From assembly GCF_006345805.1 (NCBI RefSeq), contig NC_043017.1, forward strand, positions 2,790,001 through 2,854,000: a stretch of 64,000 nucleotides of DNA. The letters are read 5' to 3'. The stretch is from Octopus sinensis (Eukaryota). Shown in pieces: positions 23,923 through 36,435 of the stretch. How positions within the stretch are numbered: the first letter of the stretch is position 1; every line of letters begins with the position of its first letter. Both the position numbers and the translations under genes were made by a program. Below the pieces are notes generated by a model. The model saw only the letters and a list, made by a program, of their open reading frames with translations, searched no databases and was not told the DNA's origin.

Positions 23923-25211
23923 TTCAATGACCCCACAGACTACCAACATCACTTATTTCCCCACAAACTATCAACAGCACCCTACATATTCACTACGTGT
24001 TCCCACAAAATATTAACACCTGTTCAATCTTCTACGGCATCTACTAAAATCATTTTTTCGAAAGGTTACCGTCAATTAAATTGCTTTTAGCGATCGACTG
24101 ATACATTACTATGGAGATACGGCCGATTTCGAACTCAAAATATATGAAGGACAATTATACGGTTGAACATATTTTGCCGGTTACTCTATCTGTTATGCTA
24201 ATTTACCAGCCCTAGTCAGCCAACCGCCAACCCAACAAACCGCTAACTGCCAACCCAACAAACTACATACAACACACGCATGCGCATATATATACAGAGC
24301 CAAATGTGGAATTACCAATGAGCAATAAAATTTCAATTAGTTAAAATGTTCTGAGAAATAAACCAGAGATTAAAAAAAAATTATGGTTGAAATATGTTGA
24401 GTGCACGATTGTATGAGACGATTAGTGAGTGAATGGGGAGGTATATTAACCAGCTCTTTAACTACAACTCTACAATTTCCTCCTTACTTTTCTTTTCTCT
24501 CTTTTCTTTTTTGCTTCTTTCCAAATTTAATATTTAATTGTAATTCGGTCTAATTATATGTTTTTTCCTGCCGTGCGGAGGTGGATTTAAAAGGTCGCAA
24601 TTAAAAGATTTCCGCTTTATAAAATTTCCTCGAATAATTATTATTCAAGCTTAACTTAATGCAAGCTGCTGGTTGTAGAACTGAGGAATAATTCCTTGGT
24701 ACAACATTTAAAATGCTAAATATCCTTTACAATTTGGTGGTTGTCGTCTTTGTTGGAATCCGCTTGGGGCAAATTTCATTTTGGTCGTTGCCGTCACCTG
24801 ATATAAATCAGGATTGTAATTAGTGATTCAATTGCTATTAAGCTCTCCGTAATGAATGACATAGCTACCTTAATGTTGGCACTTGTAACTGCAAGTTAAC
24901 ATTTGAGGAAATTAAGTTCAATTATACGCTACATACACATCAGCTCACATTACTGCGTGCATGCACCGGTTTTCAAGTGTGGGAATATAAAAGCAGCGAG
25001 AATACTTCAGAGCCATTGAACATATCTACAAGGTGGTACACGTCTGGGAATAATCGACCGAAGACTTGTACATGGCTTAGATGTTACGAGGCATTGAGGG
25101 TACTTCTACGTAGACAGACATCGAGTTAGAAATAGTAGTTACTTGGTCCTGAAATCCCTCATTTGCATTTTATTAAAGAAAGAAACTACACTTTAGTTTA
25201 AATGGCCCTAT

Positions 25212-25214
25212 CTA

Positions 25215-25253
<39 letters not shown>

Positions 25254-25267
25254 ATATCTCTCCCTAC

Positions 25268-25330
<63 letters not shown>
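25212..25330. repeat. (CAT)n plus (TCTA)n
   Basis: Directly visible. Confidence 0.92.
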
Positions 25331-25799
25331 GTCTGTCACTCTCAACTGAAGAAGGGGGAGAAGAAAAAGGAGAAGAAAAGGTGGGAGAAGACAGGAGAAA
25401 ATGGAAGAATGGTTAGTTATTACAACAAGGCACTCACACTCAAACATTCTCGGCATATATGAAATGTTGGCTGATCAATGTTGTCGAGAAATGGCATGTA
25501 GGAATTTTAGCACAGCAAACAAAATAACTCATGATGATGATGATGATGATGATGATGGCGCTGTTGTTAGTGCTTGTGATAATGGAAGGGGTGGTGTCGG
25601 TAGGGGAAGAGCAACCTTCTCATTTGACTGCCAGGGCCACATTAAGATTTGGCTGGAAATTTTAACAACTTCATTTAATGCTATTTAGGAAGATAATAGA
25701 GCCATTACAACAAGTAGTAGTGGTAGTAGTCGTAGTGGTGGTGGTGGTGCGTAATAGACATGGTAATATGATCTTTATGGTTATTATTATTACTATTAT

Positions 25800-26030
25800 T
25801 AGCAGGCAGAACCGTTAGCATCCCCGGCAAGATGGTCTGAGTCATTTCTTTGTGTGTGTTTTTTTTATGCTTTTTTTAATGTTCTGAGTTCAATTCCTGC
25901 TGAGGTTGACATTCACTGTCATCTTTTTCAGGATGGAAAAATAAGTACCAGTTGAAATTTGGGGTCATATTGAATCGATTCACTCCCACCCTCTAAACGA
26001 TTGCTGGCACTGTACCGAAATTTCGAGCCA
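25800..26030 (+). mobile_element. SINE family A, degenerate
   Basis: GCAGAACCGTTAGCA..GTTCTGAGTTCAATTCC..AAAATAAGTACCAGTTG. Confidence 0.7.
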
Positions 26031-26049
26031 TTATTACTACTTGCACCAA

Positions 26050-26470
26050 GGCGGCGAGCTGGCAGAATCGTTAGCACGCCGGGCGAGATGCTTAGCGGTA
26101 TTTCGTTTGCCGTTACGTTCTGCGTTCAAATTCCGCCGAGGTCGACTTTGCCTTTCATCCTTTCAGGGTCAATAAATTAAGTACCAGTTACGTACTGGGG
26201 TAGATATAATCAACTTAATCCCTTTGTCTGTCCTTGTTTGTTCTCTCTGTGTTTAGCCCCTTGTGGGCAATAAAGAAATAAGAAACGTCAGCACGTCGGG
26301 CGAAATGCTTTCGCCCGTCGTTAAGTTCTAATTTCAAATTCCGTCGAGGTCGACTTTGCCTTTCATCCTTTCGGGGTCGATAAATTATACACCAGCGAAA
26401 TTCTGGGCTCGATGTCATCCATAAGTCCCCTCCCCCAAAGCTTCGGATCTTACACCTGTAATAGAGAGGA
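26050..26470 (+). mobile_element. SINE family A dimer
   Basis: GGCGGCGAGCTGGCAGAATCGTTAGCAC head, first monomer ending AATAAAGAAATAA, restart at GAAACGTCAGCACG, second monomer with a different tail. Confidence 0.9.
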
Positions 26471-27330
26471 TTAGTATTTTTTTTTTGTTGCTGCTGTAGA
26501 TGTTATATTTTGCTTACCGCACCCAGTATTGTGTGCTTTGTTTATTTGCGGTGATACATCGTCTTTAATTATTCTATTGCTGTGACTAAAACTTGTCTGA
26601 AAATCTAAATGATTTTACAAGCAATATATTTAGAGGAGCGAAATAGTGAATTTTATTCATTGGATTTACATAGGCAGAGTAATGAAAACTGCGTATGTGT
26701 TTTATTTTGGGCCAAAGATATTTTTTTCGTCGCACACAACCCAAAATACAAATGCTCATGAATATTTCACTCTCGTTTAGAGCAACCGATTGTGTGATGA
26801 AAAGGAAAAGATAAAAACGGCGAGACTGGAAGCAGAAGAAAGCGAAAAGGGAATAAATACAGCGAAAGATTTTACTAAAATCTCTAGTTAGTAAAATAGT
26901 TAATTCTATTGTAAACGTATTTCGATTTATTCAATTCTGTTCTTTTTACTGCTTCGATATATATATTTTTAAAGTGGTTAAACTATTTTACTACAAGTAA
27001 AAGGGAATTCTGCTGTTTGTAAGATAAAAAAATATTAATTTCTATTTAAATATTCAACAGCTGTGAAAAGAAAACAAAAGCCATTAAACCATTCCTTATC
27101 CCGAATGAAAATAATTGACCGAAACCTATCGTTTACCATTTTGTTTCTGTATAAGGGGTTTTTAACCCTGATATCTCATGAAATGTTATCCCTTATCTCT
27201 TTCATCTTTTCTATTGTACTTGTTTCAGCCAGTTGGTCATTCCCAGTAGGGAATTTATATAGAGTGAAGTTAATTACTTTATATTTCTTTCATTTAAGCC
27301 GAAAATATTAGAAATCAAACGTAGCTATCA

Positions 27331-27455
27331 GGCGCAGGAGTGGCTGTATGGTAAGAAGCTTGCTTGGTTCAGTCCTGCTGCGGGGCACCTTGGACAAGTG
27401 TCTTCTCGGGCTGACCAAAACCTTGTGAGTGGATTTGGTAGACAGAAACTGAAAC
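27331..27455 (+). mobile_element. SINE family B 5' half with internal deletions
   Basis: GGCGCAGGAGTGGCTGTATGGTAAGAAGCTTGC..GGCACCTTGGACAAGTGTCTTCT. Confidence 0.85.
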
Positions 27456-27466
27456 AAGTCCCCCAT

Positions 27467-27500
<34 letters not shown>

Positions 27501-27736
27501 GGAGGGGAAATGAACGAAAAAGGAAAGAAGAAAAGAAGGGTAAAAGGAGAAAAAAGAGAAGAGAGAGAGAAAGAAAGCAAAGGAACTTTCAGTGATGACC
27601 AAACCACACCTGTATTTTTTTAATTGGTCACCATCCTTAAACCCATTCCAATACAATGGTAAAGGGAAGCATAAATAAATGAATGAATGGGGAATAGGAA
27701 GGTGGATACCCCTTCTCTCTCTTTCCCTCTATTCAT

Positions 27737-27749
27737 CTGTCTATCTATC

Positions 27750-27841
<92 letters not shown>
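27737..27841. repeat. (TCTA)n array
   Basis: Directly visible. Confidence 0.95.
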
Positions 27842-27842
<1 letters not shown>

Positions 27843-28056
27843 CAATTGTTTTGGAAGCTCACCCAAAAGAAAAAGAAAAACAATGTTCTCTTCCAAACAA
27901 AACCCCGCCAAAAACATCTGTTTTATATAAATGAACAAGCTGTTTGTACGTTCAGAAAATTGTATTTGACAAGTTCTAGAGAGGAACGAAAGTGGTAGAA
28001 ATAATAATGAAGAAATAAAAGGGTTTTCTTCCAAAATTCTGACGACTTTTTTCTCA

Positions 28057-28143
<87 letters not shown>

Positions 28144-28696
28144 GTATACATATATGTATGTATGTATGCGTGTATGTATGTATGTATATATAACACAACA
28201 AGTGTACTGACAGCCTTCTTTCCCGGTGGTACTACTCCCTGATCTAAATCTCTCTGATTAGTGACCTTGGAGTGATTTACATCCAATGACTTAACACAAT
28301 GCTCGACTCAGAAGCCTTCAAGAATTAAGACAACTTACTAAAACTGGAATTGGCATTTTGTCATCTGATAGGTCGGCAGCTGCAGTACACCCTTTCTTAC
28401 AAGTCTATATTCTGTTATTAAATAGGACGTTTAGTATTTTCAACACCATATTTCATTGAAATATAATATGAACATTCTGTGGTTGTATATATTTGCAGGT
28501 TTGTTGTTACTTTGGTTTTTTTCTTTCATTTTTAGATTTTCTCTTTTTCTTTTTCGTTGTTATATGTTTTTAAACAACAGAATTTTGAAATAAATTACGA
28601 TTTGAACTCAAGACGTAAGAAGGCTAGCTCTTAATTCCGTAATAGATTTTCTATGCCAATCTTCTGTTGCTTCTGCCAATACAGTTTCCGAAGAAT

Positions 28697-28829
28697 ATTC
28701 TTTTATTCTTTTACTTGTTTCAGCTTGGGTGTTTCGCTCAGAAACACACACATCGTCCGGTCTGAGATTCGAACCTGCGAATCTCTCGACCGCGAGTCCA
28801 CTGCTCTAACCACTAGGCCATGTGCCTCC
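28697..28829 (-). mobile_element. tRNA-derived SINE head (family D) fused to a family B 3' tail
   Basis: Minus strand reads GGAGGCACATGGCCTAGTGGTTAGAGCAG..GGTTCGAATCTC (A/B boxes, no pairing acceptor stem) then ..CACCCAAG|CTGAAACAAGTAAAAGAATAAAAGAAT. Confidence 0.75.
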
Positions 28830-29091
28830 ATGAAATGTCTAAATAGATATCAATAAATCCTGTACATGACAAAAACTACGATTAAATTATGAGTGTAATA
28901 ATGACCATCATTGAATCCTCGACGGGAAAAAGGGACTCTGATATATCGAGGTTTGGTAACAATGGTTAATGGCCAAATCTAGTCAGTCATTTGGATTCGC
29001 TAGGAATTTTTCTTCAGAAAACAATATAAATATAAATTTAAAAACACATACGAATACTCAACGTGTGTATTGGTTGGTAGATGTTTTTATA

Positions 29092-29512
29092 CCTATTTCT
29101 TTACTACCCACAAGGGGCTAAACACAGAGGGGACAAACAAAGACAGACAAACGGATTAAGTCGATTATATCGACCCCAGTCGATCCTTGTGAGTGGATCT
29201 GGTAGACGGAAACTAAGAGAAGCCCGTCGTATATATGTATGTATATATATATAAATATATATATGTGTGTGTGTGTGATTTATGTGTATGTGTGTGTGTG
29301 TTTGTGTGTCTGTGTTTGTACCCCAACATCGCTTGACAACTGATGCTGGTGTGTTTCCGTCCCCATAACTTAGCGATTCGGCAAAAGAAACCGATAAAAT
29401 AAGTACTAGGCTTACAAAGGATAAGTCCTGCAGTCGATTTGCTCGACTAAAGGTGGTGCTCCAGCATGGCCGCAGTCAAATGACTGAAATGAGTAAAAGA
29501 GTAAAAGAGTAT
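29092..29512. mobile_element. SINE A tail (minus, 29092-29180) joined to 5'-truncated SINE B (plus, about 29186-29512)
   Basis: CCTATTTCTTTACTACCCAC..TCGACCCCAG then CCTTGTGAGTGGA..CCAGCATGGCCGCAGTCAAATGACTGAAA. Confidence 0.85.
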
Positions 29513-29516
29513 ATGC

Positions 29517-29597
<81 letters not shown>

Positions 29598-29599
29598 TG

Positions 29600-29830
29600 T
29601 GTGTATGTGTGTGTTTGTGTGTGTGCCTTTCTATCTGCTTTTTTCCACTGCTTGACATTGCTTGACAAATGGTGATTTGTGCGTTATCGTCCTCGTAACT
29701 TAGCGTTTCTGAAAAAGAGAACGATAGAACGCGGTTTAAAAAAAATAAAAATACACTGGGGTCGATTTATTCGACTAAAAATTCGTCAAGGCGGTACCCC
29801 AGGGTGGCCGCCGCAGTCTAATATCTAAAA
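29600..29830 (+). mobile_element. Older SINE B 3' half
   Basis: GCTTGACAA..GTAACTTAGCG..CTGGGGTCGATTTATTCGACT..GGCGGTACCCCAG. Confidence 0.7.
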
Positions 29831-29877
29831 CATGTAAATGCTAATAGAAAATGATAAACTGAAACGAAAATCAAAAT

Positions 29878-30460
29878 CATGGCTCGGCATCGCGAACGAA
29901 GATCAGGAAGGCTGTCCACGTCGCGTGCATGCACGCTCATGACTGACAAGTCCGATATGGGAAAGGCAGGTCTGTGAGCAGTGTCCACAGACGAAGGTAA
30001 CATCCGGTGTGGTGTCAGAGGCGGCTCGCGCCTTCCTCCTGCGTCTCTTGTCTTTAAGTTCGTCTCTTCTTTGTTCCTCAAACTTGCTGACTGCGTTGAA
30101 GATCGTGTGGCGCCAGACATCACGGTCCGCAGCCAAGTCTGACCAGCATTGGTGGTTAATATGACATGCTGTTCTTGAGAGAGTTCTTGAGGCAGTCTTT
30201 GTAGCGCTTCCTTTGTAGAGCTTCTCTCACTCGGTGGCCGGTGGAGAGTTCGCCAAACTGGGCAATCTTAGGAAGGCGATGGTACTCCATTCTGGAGACA
30301 TGTCCTGCTCATCGGAGGTGGGACTTCAGTAGCATGGCTTCAATGCTAGGGATCTCGGCCCGCTCCAAGACTTCAATGTTTGTGACGAAGTCACACCCGT
30401 GTATGTTGAGGATGGTGCGGAGACATCGTGCGGAGACATCGTTGGTGTCACACAAAAAAA
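29878..30460 (-). mobile_element. 5'-truncated RTE (BovB-like) LINE with target-site duplication
   Basis: RCLRTILNIH..VTNIEVLERAEIPSIEAMLLKSHLR*AGHVSRM..KRYKD and C-terminal FVCGHCSQTCLSHIGLVSHERAC; direct repeat GAAAATCAAAAT at 29866-29877 and 30463-30474. Confidence 0.9.
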
Positions 30461-30824
30461 ATGAAAATCAAAATACGATCATACAAAATAGCAGCGGGAT
30501 CCTACGAAAATCCGAAATTGAAGCGAAATCCTAATTCTGCAATATTTCTATTTGTTGGTGATTAAACATTACCATTTTCTATGGCTTCATTTATTTAATT
30601 TAGAAATTTCTGAAATGTTAACTCAGCTGTAAGCCGTATGCTTTCTGCTTTTTCTTCTTTTTTTTTTCTACTATTTTTTATTAGTTTTTGAAAAGAAAAT
30701 AGTTTCCCCCCTCCCCTCTTTCGATATTTGTTTCTGTTCTCTGTTTTAATACTTTCAATCTGTCACCCAGCTGTAGTCGTGTTTCAACACGAAAATATGT
30801 CTACAAAGGCCTTTTACTTATTCA

Positions 30825-30825
<1 letters not shown>

Positions 30826-30858
<33 letters not shown>

Positions 30859-31202
30859 ACGCGTGTGCATGTGTTTGTGTATATGTGTGTATGTTTGTGT
30901 GTATGTGTTTATGTATGCGTGTATGTGTATGCATGTGTGTGTATGTGTATATGTTTGTGTGTATGTGTGTATGTTTGTGTGTATGTGTGTATGTGTGTAT
31001 GTTTGTGTGTATGTGTATGTATATGTGTGTATGTGTGTGTACGTGAGTGTGTGTCTGTGTATAAATACATGCATATATATCTATATATACACATACATAT
31101 ATATATAATATGTGCATATATATATACATATTTATTCATACATAAACACACATGTATACATATACATAGTGAATATATGTGTGTGTGTGTGTGTGTGTGT
31201 GT
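30826..31202. repeat. TG/TATG-rich tract
   Basis: Directly visible; source of the CV/HT ORFs. Confidence 0.92.
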
Positions 31203-31977
31203 AGGTATTTATATACAAAAGAAAGGAAAAGCATCTTATTAGAATAGTTCTCTTCTCCAGGGGAACCTCCACTCCGCCCCGCTCCTGACTACAACTTATA
31301 TTTTCTCATTTTCTCATTAGTAATAAACACGGAAATGTCACATATTTGGGGCAATTAAAAGCCTGTATCGCTTGCAGCCCTGTCAAAGATATTAGCATAC
31401 TGTTGTAAATTAATCTAATCTACTTTCAAACCCAGACCAACTGGTTTCCTCTTGTATTTCTCTGTCAATGAAGTCACATTTCTTTTGCTTCTTTTGAAAA
31501 CATATTACAAAAATATACAACAGCAACGTCCATTCCAATTAAAACAGAATCTGTGAGACGTGTACAACCCCAGTTATATTTATTTGTACGTATCCACATC
31601 CTATCAGATCACATCAGATGACATCACATCATTTCACTTCTGAGAGCGCTAACCGCTTTCCCTAATTTCCTTAGTGATAAATCTCTGAGAGAAAACAGCC
31701 ACCATCATAAATATTGGTATGTAATTTCTAAGTAAGATAATACTGTGAGTCGCTATTTTTTGTGTGTTGCTCAAACAACATTGAACAGAGCCCTGCCTGT
31801 TTTAGCAAATGTATATGTAAACTTAGCTTTGTAGGTCGGGGTGTCGAAGAACGGTACTTAAGATCAGTTTTAGGTCGTTAAACAAATAATAGATAAGTCT
31901 CCTCTCGTGGCTAAGTACTTTGCGATCTGGTACGTATTTCTGATAACGAGGGTAACTTAGGACACAAGGTCTCGATC

Positions 31978-32200
31978 AGTAGTTTTCAACCGTGGCTCGT
32001 ATGGCTTCTAAGAATCCATATAAGATTTTTTTTTGGGGGGGGGGGGGGGGGGAAACGCAAAAAAAAAAAAAAATAATAATAATAATAAATCGGTGATCCA
32101 CAATGGTATTTTAAGAGCCCCTAACAAATTTTGCTTTAGATATATTTATTGCAGAAAACAGTCAGGTTTCTTTTTTAATATTTTACCTAGTTCAGCCTAT
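31978..32200 (+). mobile_element. Possible hAT (Charlie-like) MITE fragment
   Basis: CAGTAGTTTTCAACC terminus-like start; shares ATATAAGATTTT and GATCCACAAT with 44519-44990; no second TIR seen. Confidence 0.4.
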
Positions 32201-32260
32201 ATATGTTAATGTGCGAAAAACGAAAGAGGAATGTTCTATCAGTACCAGCAAACTAGTGGT

Positions 32261-32545
32261 ATCACAGTTAAATGTAATGTTACGGAATATGTAATGTTAA
32301 CGTGTGAACGAGGGAGAGATCGGAGGTGGGGAGGTTCTTCTGTGGTCATGTGACATGCTAGAAAGAACAGCCGAAATTTCCCACCTTCAAATCACATACG
32401 GGAAGAATTTTTTATGCTATCACAGTTAAATGTAATGTTACGGAAAACGAGCCAACGAAGGAGAGATCGGAGGTGGTGAGGTTCTTCGGTGGTCATGTAA
32501 CCTGCTAGAAAGAGCAGCCGAAATTTCCCACCTTCAAATCACATT
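32261..32545 (+). repeat. Tandem duplication (about 160 bp) of an unclassified interspersed repeat
   Basis: ATCACAGTTAAATGTAATGTTACGGAA and TGCTAGAAAGA(A/G)CAGCCGAAATTTCCCACCTTCAAATCACAT each occur twice; related GCT(A/G)GAAATAGCAGCC at 33514 (+) and 42680 (-). Confidence 0.8.
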
Positions 32546-33680
32546 TAACTTTGATGAATGAATGACAGACTGGAATCGTGTAGTTCTGTTATTCATTGTA
32601 ACAGAATAAAATACGGGATGGTCACGGTCGGAACACCTTAGGTAATCATTATTTCGCTCGATTAATTTGTGGTCTTCTGCCTCTGTTAGAAATCTTTATT
32701 GTTGTTATTATTTTCAATTTAGAAACCCGTCTTTATTTTCATGCAGAGCACGAATATTGGAGCAATATCTTATATTGCTTTCGTTTTATCTGAGTCAATC
32801 AAACAACCTCTCTCCTTCTCTCTCTCACCGTCTTCCTCTCCCCGTGTCTATCTCCCTCTCCATCTATCAATCTCTTTCTCCATTTCAATCTCTCTCTTTC
32901 ACTTTCTCTTTCTCCCTTTCTTTCTCTCTCTCTATCTCTTTCTGTACTTACACCCACGTACACACCAATATAACCATAGACGTACACACGCTCACAAGAC
33001 GAGTCCAATTTAGGGTTTAATCAAGTAAAGTCATTCCGTTTCTTTTCATACACACAAAGTATCTTTAGGCTAAATATTTTGGCTTTCACTTACGTTTCAG
33101 ATTAGTGTCAATAAACTCTGGCGTAATCTAGTGCTAAGGCGTGGATTAAATTAGATTAGCTGTCCAGTTTCAATTAGTGAGCTAAACCAGATATTAGCTA
33201 TGACCCTCTTTCTTCTACCCTAAATAAATACAATACAGTAATTAGGCTCTCACACTAAGGCAGACATTGACCAGAAACAGTTTGGGATGATTAACTCCGC
33301 CTCTTGTTTCAGAAGTTAAAAAACAAAACAACAAAATTCCTGAATGGCAGAAAATTAATCTTTCTGCTTTCATATATTTGATCCCCTAAAGATGCCTTCA
33401 CCAATTGTTATTTGTAATCAGGGTTGTGCATTCTTATTTCTAACACCGCAACACAACATACTCGTATCGTATTACTTTGCCAATTAGAGAGGCTCCATAT
33501 GGTAGCTCCATCTGCTGGAAATAGCAGCCAAATCCTTTTAAGCCTCAACCCACGGTTTTAGAAATAAGAAAGGAAGGATGTATTCAAACAATGGAGGTTT
33601 GGTTGTATAAATGAACAATATGGTCATGGATGGAACAGCAGGGATTATATCCCTACTCGATCAAAGGTAGACGTCGGGTT

Positions 33681-33988
33681 AACTGGTAATCCGTCGGTCA
33701 CGACGAAAAGTGTTCAAGTTGATTCGGTCAATGGTACAGCCTTATTTATGGAATTGATGTGCATATGGCTGAGGACTCCGCAGACACGCGTACGTTTAAT
33801 GTAGTTCTCAGGGAGATTCAGCGTTACACAGAATGTGACAAGGTTAACCCTTTGAAATACAGGTACTACTCATTTTTTGCCAGCTGAGTGGACTGGAACA
33901 ACGTGAAATTAAATATCTTGCTCAAGGCTACAACGCATCGCCAGGAATCGAACTCACAACCTTACAAACATGAGCCGAATACTCTAAC
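33681..33988 (-). mobile_element. SINE family C, head interrupted by SINE A
   Basis: GGACTGGAACAACGTGAAAT..CTTGCTCAAGG..GGAATCGAACTCAC; homologous to 10992-11240. Confidence 0.78.
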
Positions 33989-34365
33989 ATAGAGGGGAGA
34001 AACAAGGACAAACAAAGGGATTAAGTCGATTACATCGACCCCAGTGCGTAACTGGTACTTCATTTATCGACCCCGAAAGGATGAAATGCAAAGTCGACCT
34101 CGGCGGAATTTAAACTCAGAACGTAACGGCAGACGAAATACCGCTAAGCATTTTGGCTGACATGCTATCCATTCTGCCAGCTCGCTGTCTTGAAATTCAT
34201 TATAATATTAGTTTCTAATTTTAGCACAAGGCCAGCAGTTTCGTGGGATGTGGGAGGTAAGTCGATCCCATCGACCTTAGTGCTCATCTGGTACTTATTT
34301 TATCGACCCCGAAAGAATAGAAAAATTCAACTCGACCTCGGTGAAATTTGATCTCTGAGCGTCAT
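33989..34365 (-). mobile_element. Two SINE A copies in tandem
   Basis: 33989-34185 is well preserved, 34210-34362 is older; TCATTATAATATTA flank follows both. Confidence 0.85.
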
Positions 34366-34599
34366 TATAATATTAAACTAAAATAAGGACTTACTATTGC
34401 TCTCCTGACTTTGAAATCCCAACATGTTGCTGAGAGAAACACAAATGCATCAATTTGGCAGTAAATTACAGACAATTGTGTATATGCCTTGTCAGCTATT
34501 TCATATCTTCGAAATTATCATAAAGAAAGATTATAAACTGTGCAGATCATTAGAGGTTTTACCAATATCCAGGACGTTTTCATCCACTGAAGGAAGGGC

Positions 34600-34863
34600 C
34601 TACTATCTGATCAATGGAACAGCTTGCAAGTGATTGATCACTCTGCAAACTCGCCTTCCCATAACATAGTTTTCAGTGAGATTCAGCGTTAAAAGGCTGG
34701 CCCTTTGAATTACAAGCAGAACTGATCTTCGGTAACTGAATGGACTGGAGCAACGTGAAATAAAGTGCCTTGCTCAAGAAACACATCGTACCGCCAGGAA
34801 TCGAACTCACGATCATAAAATCGTGGACAACTGAATGTCTTAACCACTAAGCGTCGCGCCTTC
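34600..34863 (-). mobile_element. SINE family C
   Basis: GGACTGGAGCAACGTGAAATAAAGTGCCTTGCTCAAG..GGAATCGAACTCAC..AACCACTAAGCGTCGCGCCTTC. Confidence 0.78.
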
Positions 34864-35907
34864 ATAGGAAATGTTTAATAATTCCTAAAGATTTGAAACG
34901 TATTCTGAAGACATTATCGTTTGCATCAAGTGTTCTTTGAATATATTTAGATTCCACGGCCTTACTGGAAATTAGCTGAAGCTTTACTTTATAAACATCA
35001 GTTTGTAAACTAGCTTCTACTTTATTTACTTAAATTTTTCATGAAGACAGTACAAAGATTGTGTAGCTTTGCGGGCTGGACAAACACATTAATGAATGAA
35101 AATGAAATAAAATGAATAAATGAGAGACGAAACCCAACACCCGCCGATTGGATTTTTCGCGAAAACATATTTTCTTTTTTTTTTTAAATCAATATGAGGT
35201 TTCAAACCTCTTAGAAGAAGGAGGCACTAAAACCTCTTACTTAACATGTTTTTTTTTAAACACACAATTGAGGTTATAAACCGCTACAAATAATACAATA
35301 AGATTAGGTTTCAAACCCTCATAACGAGGCTTTATCACCTCCTACTCATCGATATATCCATCAATATATCCATATTATCTTCAATGTCGCTTGAGTGCCT
35401 ATCGATTCTACTTAATCAACAATGACACTTGCATACGCGTATTTACTTAGAAACTACATAGCCTCATCGAATTAACAAGCGAGTCGTTAGAAAATCACTC
35501 GATATGCGAGAAATGTTAACCAAATCGCCTTCAAATCGTAGCGTGATATTTTGCAATAAAATAAGGGCAAAAACTGCGGAAAAAATACATATTGCGGGAA
35601 AAAAGATATAACTTGACCGAAGACGTCTGTGTGTGATTACTGCATAAGTAATGAAAAGCATGAATCGAATAATACCATTTTCTAGGGTAATTCTTTACGG
35701 ATTCAGTTTAAAGTTCCTCCAGGTAGAACGAATGAAACTGAAGGTTTGACACCCAATCTTCATTTTTTTAAGGATTACACAAAAAGAATCTATATTGTAG
35801 TAAAACATTTAAGAATTCAAGATTATATAATTGTCTTTGAAAACGACAAGCAATTCAAACAATTGCTCTAAACTCGACAGTTATGAATAATATTATCCGT
35901 GGCATTG

Positions 35908-36158
35908 GACGCTGACGTAGGTGTGTGGTAAGTAGCTTGCCTCCCAGCCACATTGGTTCCGGTTTCAGTCCTACTGTGCGGCACCTTGGGCAAGTGTCTT
36001 CTAGTATAGCCTCGCGCCAACCAAAGCCTTGTGAGTAGATTTGATAGACGGAAACTGAAAGAAGCCCGTCGTATATATATATTATATATATATTATATAT
36101 ATATATATATACACACATACATACACACACACACACACATATATACATATATTATATA

Positions 36159-36193
<35 letters not shown>

Positions 36194-36435
36194 CGTATAT
36201 ATCTATGTGTGTGTGTGTATCTTTGCGTCTGTGTTGGTCACCCACTACCACTTGACAGCCGGTGTTTGTGTGTTTACGCCTCCGCAACTTAGGGGACGAT
36301 AGAACGATAGAATAAATACTAGGATTTAACAAAACTATAAATCTTATGGTCGATTTATTCGAGCAAAACTCTTCAAGGAATTGCTCCAGTATGGCCGCAG
36401 TGAAATGATCGAAACATGTAGAAAAATGAAAAAGA
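35908..36435 (+). mobile_element. SINE family B, full length
   Basis: GTGTGGTAAGTAGCTTGC..GGCACCTTGGGCAAGTGTCTTCT..(TA/CA)n..CTCCAGTATGGCCGCAGT. Confidence 0.88.

Noticed and set aside
28755-28829. Possible tRNA gene
   Set aside because: A and B boxes are present but the acceptor stem cannot pair, and it runs into SINE body sequence.
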